Below, one piece after another: positions 57,193-64,000 of a stretch of 64,000 bases of DNA. The first letter of the stretch is position 1; every line of letters begins with the position of its first letter. A model generated the notes under the pieces. The model made no database searches. It was not told where the DNA came from and worked only from the letters and a program-made list of their open reading frames with translations. Position numbers and translations under genes: made by a program. Source of the stretch: Armatimonadetes bacterium UBA1398 (GTDB lineage: Bacteria > Armatimonadota > Zipacnadia > UBA1398); the NCBI GenBank assembly GCA_002305165.1, contig DBQI01000065.1, forward strand, positions 16,794 through 80,793, read 5' to 3'.

Positions 57193-58296
57193 TCACGATG
57201 GACCGTCGTGGATCAACACGGCCTTGCTGACTTCGCGCGCCGCGACGGCCTCCAAGGCCTCGTTCGCCTCCTCGAACCGGAAGCGGCCGTCCACCAAGCG
57301 CTCGAACGTCTCGGGCTGGCCCTCCACGAGCCGCACGGCTTCCAGGAGATGGCGCATATCGCTCACCCAGATGCCCTGCAGCCGAACGTTTCGCCGCGCG
57401 ATGTCGTGGAAGAAGTCGATCTCCAGCCCCCCTCGCGGTTCCGCCACGCCGCAGGACACGTAGGCGCCCCCGGTCCGAAGCCACTTCAAGCCCTCGGCGA
57501 TGGCGGCCTGGTCGCCGGCGGCCTCGTAGACCGCGTCGGCGCCCTCGCCCCCGGTAAGCTCTAGGATCTCTTCCAGCCGCTCCGCCACCGTAGTCTCGCG
57601 GCGATTGATGGTGTGGGTCGCTCCCAGCTCCTCACACAGCCGCAGCCGGCTCGCCGTGCCGCCCACCACGATGATCGTCTCAGCGCCCGAGGCCTTCGCG
57701 AAAGCGGCGCAGTAGGCCCCGATCGGCCCCGGGCCCTGGATGACCACCCGCGAGCCGAAGCCCGGCCGCACCTCCTCGAAGCAATGGGCGGCCGTCGCAC
57801 CCGAGCACCCGGCAGTGACGGCGACCACGGGTGAGAGGTCATCATCCAGGCAGAGGGTCTGTACGTTGCGGGCGAGGAGCACATGGCTGGAGTAGCATCC
57901 CACCAGGTGCGGTGGGTCCTGGCACGAGCGGGTGATCCCATAGACCCAGCGGTGAGGGCAGAGGGCGGGCTGACGGAGCACGACGCACGTGCGGCACGCC
58001 ATGCAACTCACCCCTCGGTTGAAGGCGATGCGGTCGCCCTCGGCGAGCTTGGCGCCCTGGACGTCACGCGCCTCTCCACCCGTCGCGACCACCCGGCCGA
58101 CGCCCTCATGGCCGGGGATGAGCGGCAGCGGCACCCGCGGGTCCAACCCTTGCCACTGATGCACATCGGAGCCGCACACGCCGGAAACCTCGAGGCGCAG
58201 GAGCACCTCCCCGGGGCCGGGATCCGGCAGTGGGTAGCGCCGATCGTGCAGGGCCTCGCCGAACTTGGTCAACACATGGGCATAGGCTTCGCTCAA
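57193..58296 (-). CDS. zinc-dependent alcohol dehydrogenase (MDR superfamily)
   Basis: Catalytic Zn motif GVCGSDVH, structural-Zn Cys cluster (CMACRTCV...C), Rossmann VIQGPGPIG; TTG start overlapping upstream stop (TTGA). Confidence 0.8.
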   Translation of the reverse strand: MSEAYAHVLTKFGEALHDRRYPLPDPGPGEVLLRLEVSGVCGSDVHQWQGLDPRVPLPLIPGHEGVGRVVATGGEARDVQGAKLAEGDRIAFNRGVSCMACRTCVVLRQPALCPHRWVYGITRSCQDPPHLVGCYSSHVLLARNVQTLCLDDDLSPVVAVTAGCSGATAAHCFEEVRPGFGSRVVIQGPGPIGAYCAAFAKASGAETIIVVGGTASRLRLCEELGATHTINRRETTVAERLEEILELTGGEGADAVYEAAGDQAAIAEGLKWLRTGGAYVSCGVAEPRGGLEIDFFHDIARRNVRLQGIWVSDMRHLLEAVRLVEGQPETFERLVDGRFRFEEANEALEAVAAREVSKAVLIHDGPS

Positions 58297-59546
58297 GACC
58301 GATCACCCGTTCCCTCCAGCGGCGCGAGCCGTCCGAGGCTGTCCCTCCTCCAGGCTCTTCGCCCCAGTACTGTCATCCACGGCTTGAGCAGCACCGGCAC
58401 GCCCAGGTAGGGGCAGTTGGAGGAGCGCGAGTGGATCCACTCAGGCCGAACCGTGGTCTCGCCGAACTCGAAGAGCGCCAACCGCGCCTCCGCCCCCACC
58501 TCGATCTTCGGCCCCTCCGCGCCCAGGACGGACCACGGGCCATCGGTCCACAGTTCCACCGCCCGCAGCCACGCGTCGGGGTCCGCGGCCTTGTCCCAGA
58601 GGGCCTTGTGGGAGACGCTCATCATGCAGCCCATCCCGAGCATCCCGGGCGGGGCTTGGTCGAAGGGCCTCGACTTCTCGGAGTCGGTGTGGGGCGCGTG
58701 GTCGCTCACCAGAGCATCGACCTCGCCGTCGATGGCGTGTTGGAGCAGAGCCTCCGTGTCCCGGCGCGTCTTCAGCCTGGGCGCGACCTTGCCTTGGGCG
58801 CCCAGCCGCTCGATGTCGTCTTCGGTCAGCAGCAGGTGATGGGGGCAGATCTCCCAGGTGATGGGCGCCCCGTCCTCCCGCGCATCGAGGATGATCCCCG
58901 CGCCCTCCGCCGTGCTCACATGGGAGATGTGGACGCGAGCGCCCGTCGCCGCCGCCAAGCGGCAGGCCCGCTCCACGGCGATGGGCTCATTGGGCAGCCC
59001 GTCGGGACCCGGCAGCTCGAAGTGGCCCGCGAAGGTGATCCCGACCTCGGCGCACTGAGCGAGGCACTCCCGCAGGAGCCCCTCGTCGCTGATGGTGAAG
59101 CCGTCGTCGGAGATCATCGCCGCGCCGGCGTCGCGTAGGGCCCGGTAGTCGGAGAGCTGGCTGCTCCCCCTGCCCTTCACCGCCGCCGCCACGGGCATGA
59201 CCTTCACGCCCCGGCCCACCTCCGTGGCGCGGCGGATGATGTGATCGATGGTGGCGGGCTCGAAGGCCAGGGGCTCCGTGTTCGGCATGCAGCAGAGGGC
59301 GCCGACGCCGCCCGCGATAGCGTCCCGGCAGCCTGTCTCGATGTCCTCCTTGTGCTCCTGCCCCGGCTCGCGGAGATGGACGTGGAGATCCAGCAGGGCG
59401 GGGGTGATCCACTTACCGGTGCAGTCCACCACGCGGTCGCCCGGCTGGGGCGCGTGGCGGCCGATGCTCGCGATGACCCCATCCTCGATGACGATGGTCC
59501 GATCCATGCCCGCGGACAGAGGCTCGTGCAGAACCAGTCGGCTCAC
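58293..59546 (-). CDS. pyrC: dihydroorotase-like cyclic amidohydrolase
   Basis: Metal-binding DLHVHLREPG plus downstream His/Asp positions (HISHVS, DHAPH); GTG start with GGGGGGA RBS. Confidence 0.7.
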   Translation of the reverse strand: MSRLVLHEPLSAGMDRTIVIEDGVIASIGRHAPQPGDRVVDCTGKWITPALLDLHVHLREPGQEHKEDIETGCRDAIAGGVGALCCMPNTEPLAFEPATIDHIIRRATEVGRGVKVMPVAAAVKGRGSSQLSDYRALRDAGAAMISDDGFTISDEGLLRECLAQCAEVGITFAGHFELPGPDGLPNEPIAVERACRLAAATGARVHISHVSTAEGAGIILDAREDGAPITWEICPHHLLLTEDDIERLGAQGKVAPRLKTRRDTEALLQHAIDGEVDALVSDHAPHTDSEKSRPFDQAPPGMLGMGCMMSVSHKALWDKAADPDAWLRAVELWTDGPWSVLGAEGPKIEVGAEARLALFEFGETTVRPEWIHSRSSNCPYLGVPVLLKPWMTVLGRRAWRRDSLGRLAPLEGTGDRS

Positions 59547-59817
59547 CGATCATCCCCCCGATACAGCGGCGCGCGGGAGGTCACTGCGAGCCCCCCTGAA
59601 AAGACGAAGCGCCTGACTCGTCGGCCGAGCGGGCGCGTGGTGGCGTGTTGGGGCACAACCTGCCGAGCATCATTTCAACCCTTCGCGACGCTCCTCCCGA
59701 ACCCTTCCCATTCCGCACTGTATCCGGTACCCTCTCATGGGCTTGGGGCCACGCGCTGTGGGCCGCGAGAGCCCGATTCCCGGCGCCCCCAGGGGGGCGT
59801 TCCGAGAGGAGCGCGCC

Positions 59818-60810
59818 ATGCGTCCGGAGCGGATTGAGCAGCTCATCCACTTCTACAGGGACATGTTGCGTATCCGGTACTTCGAGGAGAAGATCCTCAA
59901 CCACATGCTCCCGAACCGGCTCTTCCGTGGCTCATCGCACCTGTGCATCGGCCAGGAGGCCGTGTCGGTGGGCGCGGTTCACGCGATGGAGGAGGAGGAC
60001 TACCTCTTCACCACCCATCGCAACCACGGCCACACTCTTGCCCGGGGCATGGACCTGGAGGGGGCCTTCGCGGAGATCATGGGCCGGACCACGGGCGTGT
60101 GCCGCGGCAGGGGCGGCAGCATGCACCTCGCCGACGCCAGCCTTGGGATACTGGGCGCCAACCCGGTCGTCGGCTCCAACATCCCCATGGCCACGGGGGC
60201 CGCGCTGGCCCTCAAGATGCAGGGCCGCAAGGGCATCGTCGTCTGCTTCTTCGGCGAGGGCGCCATGAACACCGGGGCATGCCACGAGGCCTTCAACATG
60301 GCCGCCCTCTGGGATCTGCCCGTCGTCTTCGTCTGCGAGAACAACAAGTACGCCATCTCCGTGGCCGAGGACATCTCCATGTCCGACCACGAGCTCCAGG
60401 ACCGCGCCGTGGGATACGGCATGGAGAGCTACCGCCTGGATGGCATGAACGTCCTGGAGGTCTACGACTTCTGCTCGGCGACCTTCGGCAGGACCCGGCG
60501 CACGAGCCGGCCCGCCCTCCTCGTCTTCGACACCTACCGCTTCGTGGGCCACCACACCTCGGACAGCGAGCGGTACCGGCCCAAGGACGAAGCCATCGAG
60601 GTCTTCCGCGAGAAGGACCCCATCCACTTCGTGGAGCGCGAGTTCCTCGAGGACTGCCACGTCGACCCCGAGCAGGCAGTGGACATCCGAATCGACATCA
60701 AGCAGGAAGTGGAGTCGGCCTTCGAGCGCGCCTTGGAGGCGCCCTGGCCCGACCCCGCGACCTTGACCCAGGGCCTGTGGGCCGAGTCGGAGGTGACCTG
60801 CGGTGACTGA
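59818..60810 (+). CDS. TPP-dependent 2-oxoacid dehydrogenase E1 component, alpha subunit
   Basis: Start at ATG 59818 (M28 of track ORF 59737..60810); TPP-binding motif GEGAMNTGACHEAFN and HNHGH-type region. Confidence 0.75.
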   Translation: MRPERIEQLIHFYRDMLRIRYFEEKILNHMLPNRLFRGSSHLCIGQEAVSVGAVHAMEEEDYLFTTHRNHGHTLARGMDLEGAFAEIMGRTTGVCRGRGGSMHLADASLGILGANPVVGSNIPMATGAALALKMQGRKGIVVCFFGEGAMNTGACHEAFNMAALWDLPVVFVCENNKYAISVAEDISMSDHELQDRAVGYGMESYRLDGMNVLEVYDFCSATFGRTRRTSRPALLVFDTYRFVGHHTSDSERYRPKDEAIEVFREKDPIHFVEREFLEDCHVDPEQAVDIRIDIKQEVESAFERALEAPWPDPATLTQGLWAESEVTCGD

Positions 60811-61789
60811 TCGCGGGCGAGAGGTGGTCTTCGCGCAAGCCATTCGCACGGCCCTCCGGGAGGAGATGCAGCGCGACGAGTCCGTCATCCTATGGGGCCA
60901 GGACATCGGCGTCTACGGTGGCGTCTACGGCGCTACAACGGGCCTCCAGCGGGAGTTCGGCGAGGACCGCGTGCGGGACGCCCCCATCTCGGAGATGGCC
61001 ATCGCCGGCGTCGCCGTCGGGGCGGCGCTCCTCGGGATGAGGCCGGTCGTCGAGATCATGTACGCCGACTTCCTCATGCACGCCGCCGACGCCATCGCGA
61101 ACCAGGCGGCGAAGTGGCGCTTCATGAGCGGCGGGCAGTTCAAGGTGCCCGCGGTCTTCCGCTCGCCCGCTGGCGGCGGCTCCGGCTACGCGGCCCAGCA
61201 CTCCCAGAATATCGAGTCGTGGTTCTGCCACATCCCGGGGCTGAAGGTCGTCTGCCCCTGCATGCCCCGCGACGCTCGAGGCCTGCTCAAGAGCGCCATC
61301 CGCGACGACAACCCCGTCGTCTTCCTCGAGCACAAGAGCCACTACACCTACCGCGGGCCCATGCCCAAAGAGGAGGAGCTCCTGCCCCTCGGCAAGGCCG
61401 ACGTGAAGCGCGAGGGCACGGACGTCACCTTGGTCTCCTGGTCCCGCAACCTCCTCTGGGCACTGGAGGCGGCTGACAAGCTCCGGGAGGAGGGGGTCAG
61501 CATCGAGGTCATCGACCCCATGACGCTCTTCCCCCTGGACCTAGACACGATCCTCGAGTCCCTCGCCAAGACCGGCCGGCTGGTCGTCTCGCACGAGGCC
61601 CACGCCTTCTGCGGCGTCGGGGCCGAGATCATCGCCCAGGTGGTCGAGGGCCACATGGACCTCCTGAAGGCGGCGCCCAAGCGGGTGTCCGCTGTGGCAT
61701 GTCCCCTGCCCTACTCCGAGCCCCTGGAGAAGGCCGCCCTGCCCGACGCCGATGACATCGCCGCGGCGGTCCGGCAGGTGGTTCGGTAG
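60803..61789 (+). CDS. 2-oxoacid dehydrogenase E1 component, beta subunit
   Basis: GTG overlapping alpha-subunit stop by 8 nt; transketolase-like pyrimidine-binding and C-terminal domains (ISEMAIAGVAVGAALLGMRPVVE). Confidence 0.75.
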   Translation: MTDRGREVVFAQAIRTALREEMQRDESVILWGQDIGVYGGVYGATTGLQREFGEDRVRDAPISEMAIAGVAVGAALLGMRPVVEIMYADFLMHAADAIANQAAKWRFMSGGQFKVPAVFRSPAGGGSGYAAQHSQNIESWFCHIPGLKVVCPCMPRDARGLLKSAIRDDNPVVFLEHKSHYTYRGPMPKEEELLPLGKADVKREGTDVTLVSWSRNLLWALEAADKLREEGVSIEVIDPMTLFPLDLDTILESLAKTGRLVVSHEAHAFCGVGAEIIAQVVEGHMDLLKAAPKRVSAVACPLPYSEPLEKAALPDADDIAAAVRQVVR

Positions 61790-61794
61790 CGAGC

Positions 61795-61825
61795 GCCGGC
61801 CCCCGAGCCCTCCTCGGGGGCCGGC
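61795..61825. terminator. 13-bp GC stem hairpin between convergent genes (candidate bidirectional terminator)
   Basis: GCCGGCCCCCGAG - CCCTC - CTCGGGGGCCGGC, 5 nt after the E1 beta stop and 10 nt before the stop of the minus gene at 61835. Confidence 0.45.
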
Positions 61826-61834
61826 ATTGCCGCC

Positions 61835-62749
61835 TTACTCGGAGCGGCCGTTGCGGCGCAGGTGGCGCAGCCACACCAGGCCCGCGACCAGTAGCAGCCC
61901 CACCGCGGGGATGCCAAGCGTCGATGCCCACCGTGCCCAGCCGCCACCCGCCGCGCCGGCCGGCCGCAGGGAGGTTGTGATGCCCTCGCTGACAACCTCG
62001 CCCGAGACGGCGTCCACGCACACCACTGCCGTCCCCGGCGCTATCACGCCCTCCTGGCTTGCGGATGGCGAGGCCAGGCGCAGCACGTAATCGAACCGGT
62101 CGTACCACTGCACGAGGGGGCAGTCATCGGGCGAGGCGAGGACCAGCGTCTCGTCCTCTAGATGCTCGCGCGCCGTGGCAAGGGCTTGCTCCAGCGTCAC
62201 CACGGGCTGCCGGGGCGAGGCCCCCTCCGGCGGACACGTGGTCCCCCATGTTGTGATCGCCCCGTCTTGACGCACGGTGGCCAGCACATCGGGCGTCAGG
62301 CCCTTGCGCGGCGGGTCGCCGACCAGCCGACCGGTGCCCGCAACCTGACCGTGCCCGGACTCGAAGGGTCTCCGCCACTCCCAGGTGTCGATGCCTGCGG
62401 CCATGTCACCCAGCACTCGTTGGGTGAGCTCCTTCACGGATTCCAGCGCCTGCTCCTCGGTGACCCTGGTCTGCCGCTCTGGAGCATACAGGTCGACCGC
62501 ACTCACGAGGATCCACCGATCCGCGTTCACGCTGTAGGATCGTTGGGGCTCATCGAGGCTGAACCGAACGGCGGTGAACACTCCCGAGGCATCCCACTTC
62601 ACCTTGGCGTCGCTCACATCCACGCCTGTAGCCTCAAACACAACGTCGATCGCTCGAGCTAGATCGGTATCCCTGGCGTCACCGGGGTCGGCGACGGCGG
62701 CGCCGTAGGCGACCCCCACGAGAACGGCGATCATCACCCGCAGTAGCAT
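61835..62749 (-). CDS. PepSY-like secreted protein with C-terminal TM anchor and basic tail (paralogue 1)
   Basis: Signal peptide MLLRVMIAVLVGVAYGAAVA; PepSY-like VTLEQALATAREHL...VVCVDAVSGEVVSEG; C-terminus GIPAVGLLLVAGLVWLRHLRRNGRSE; GAGGAAAGGGG RBS. Confidence 0.5.
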   Translation of the reverse strand: MLLRVMIAVLVGVAYGAAVADPGDARDTDLARAIDVVFEATGVDVSDAKVKWDASGVFTAVRFSLDEPQRSYSVNADRWILVSAVDLYAPERQTRVTEEQALESVKELTQRVLGDMAAGIDTWEWRRPFESGHGQVAGTGRLVGDPPRKGLTPDVLATVRQDGAITTWGTTCPPEGASPRQPVVTLEQALATAREHLEDETLVLASPDDCPLVQWYDRFDYVLRLASPSASQEGVIAPGTAVVCVDAVSGEVVSEGITTSLRPAGAAGGGWARWASTLGIPAVGLLLVAGLVWLRHLRRNGRSE

Positions 62750-62854
62750 GGTGGCACAACCCCTTTCCTCATCTTACGACACGCGGCGAGACGGGATGCC
62801 GCGGCCCGGCAACGCTTGCGCAGCTTTCGGGCCGGGCGCCTCTCCTTAGGCCGC

Positions 62855-63715
62855 TCAGTTCAGCCTCCGCCTCAGCAGGAAGAGGCCGAAGGCGATGGCG
62901 CACAACAGGACGATCCCGCCGTAGAGCGCCCACGGCGGGGAGGTGGTGGCGGGCTCAGCGGCCGCGACGGGCGGCGACGGGGGGGAAGCGGAGCCGGTGG
63001 GCTCCTGCGGGAGTGAGGCCTTCGATACACTCATCACCTCACCCGTGGAGGCGTTGATGCGGACCAAGTAGCGGTCTCCCACCTTGTCACGCAGTTCGAT
63101 GGACCATCTCGCAGCATCGCGGACCTGGCTGAGCGATGGCTCACCCACTACCGCAGCGGCTTCGTCTCCCACGGCGTTCTGAGCAGCGGCAATGGCTTCC
63201 TCGCGACTCACCTCGACCGGCATGGGCGGTGACGGCGCTGGCTCGTCTATGGTGAACGACGTCACCCTGCCTTCGGTACTGCTCACCCGGGCCAGAACGG
63301 AGTGTGACAGCCCCGATCGAGGGGGGGTGCCACGCTTCGGGCCCTCGCCACGGATGACTATGGCGTCACCCGCTCGACCAACCACCGTCCAAGCTAGGTC
63401 GTCCGCCGCAACGGGAACATGGCGACGAGCCTCCTCGCTAACCAGCGCGATGGCCTCGTCCTCATTGCAGGGGCGAGGATCGCCGCTGACGGGCGGGATC
63501 TCGCTCCACCCTAGAAAGGCGCCGGTGGCTAGGTCAACCCGGTACTGGCGTGTGCCGCCGGTGTAGATCCCGATGCGCCGGCCGCCGTCCAGCTCCACCT
63601 CAGGGAGCGGCGCCAGAGAGCCGCCAGCGTGTTCCTCAGCGATCAGCCGGGCCTCTTCGATGGTGACCGGCCCAGCCGGCAGAGCAAGGCTCAAAGCGAG
63701 CAGCAGTGCGAGCAT
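62855..63715 (-). CDS. PepSY-like secreted protein with C-terminal TM anchor and basic tail (paralogue 2)
   Basis: Start at internal ATG (GGAGAGGAG RBS) giving signal peptide MLALLLALSLALPAGP; two PepSY-like units (VTIEEARLIAEEH..., VSREEAIAAAQNA...LVRINASTGEVMSV); C-terminus PPWALYGGIVLLCAIAFGLFLLRRRLN. Confidence 0.55.
   Translation of the reverse strand: MLALLLALSLALPAGPVTIEEARLIAEEHAGGSLAPLPEVELDGGRRIGIYTGGTRQYRVDLATGAFLGWSEIPPVSGDPRPCNEDEAIALVSEEARRHVPVAADDLAWTVVGRAGDAIVIRGEGPKRGTPPRSGLSHSVLARVSSTEGRVTSFTIDEPAPSPPMPVEVSREEAIAAAQNAVGDEAAAVVGEPSLSQVRDAARWSIELRDKVGDRYLVRINASTGEVMSVSKASLPQEPTGSASPPSPPVAAAEPATTSPPWALYGGIVLLCAIAFGLFLLRRRLN
62861..62961. repeat. 101-nt segment about 95% identical to 63748..63848 (3' ends of PepSY paralogues 2 and 3)
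   Basis: Direct comparison shows about 5 mismatches in 101 nt; encodes the shared C-terminal anchor. Confidence 0.75.
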
Positions 63716-63741
63716 CCCGGGTTCTCCTCTCCGGCTCGGAG

Positions 63742-64000
63742 CTACGTCAGCCTCCGCCTCAGCAGGAAGAGGCCGAGGGCGATGGCGCACAGCAAGACGA
63801 TCCCGCCGTAGAGCGCCCACGGCGCGGAGGTGGAGGCGGGCTCGGCGGTTGGACTGGCGGACGGGGCCAGAGGAGGCGCGAGACTGGCCGGAGAGACGCA
63901 CACGAGGGCCCCCGTCACGGCATCGATGTCGTACTCGGAGTACCGACAGGCCGCCTCAGAGAACAGGGCGAGCGTCCATATCGGCCGCCCTCGGTGGCGC
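63742..64000 (-). CDS. PepSY-like paralogue 3, partial (5' end beyond window end)
   Basis: Hand translation of open minus-strand frame to stop TAG (63742..63744): ...TAEPASTSAPWALYGGIVLLCAIALGLFLLRRRLT; absent from ORF track because the start lies outside the window. Confidence 0.45.
   Translation of the reverse strand, partial: RHRGRPIWTLALFSEAACRYSEYDIDAVTGALVCVSPASLAPPLAPSASPTAEPASTSAPWALYGGIVLLCAIALGLFLLRRRLT
63748..63848. repeat. second copy of the 101-nt PepSY C-terminal repeat
   Basis: See 62861..62961. Confidence 0.75.

Noticed and set aside
62855-64000. PEP-CTERM/exosortase sorting signal interpretation of the PepSY C-termini
   Set aside because: The tails have a linker, hydrophobic helix and RRR cluster, but no PEP (or LPXTG, GlyGly) motif precedes the helix, so I describe them only as a conserved C-terminal anchor.

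Overview
64-kb GC-rich bacterial chromosomal segment, densely coding on both strands. I call about 60 protein-coding genes and found no rRNA/tRNA, CRISPR array, transposase or integrase. Housekeeping islands (tsaE-tsaB/rimI-tsaD, rsmD-coaD, pckA, transaldolase, pyrC-like, 2-oxoacid dehydrogenase E1 alpha/beta, ROK kinase) sit among cell-envelope and carbohydrate-active genes (two GH42-like, GH43, beta-helix protein, LamG-esterase, three GT4s, prepilin and H-X9-DG pseudopilin-like proteins, an SLH protein, a PepSY triplet). There is an unusual density of Ser/Thr phospho-signalling and apparently degenerate enzyme modules. Most notable: (i) a nine-gene translationally coupled operon at 4835..13642 joining a membrane FHA protein and a PP2C-like protein to an ACP, two alpha/beta hydrolases, three GT4s and a REC-HATPase; (ii) a secreted caspase-like/FGE fusion followed by a 1189-aa secreted protein with two metallophosphatase-like domains, a DsbA-like CxxC domain and four CxxCH haem motifs (43913..48853); (iii) three tandem PepSY-like paralogues whose C-terminal anchor is about 95% identical at nucleotide level; (iv) a G11 homopolymer inside a short pilin-like ORF; (v) a 16-nt motif shared by two intergenic regions. 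The ORF track reports longest ATG/GTG/TTG ORFs and omits edge-truncated genes, so several starts were reassigned and two partial edge genes added. All domain calls are by-eye motif recognition; no searches were run.
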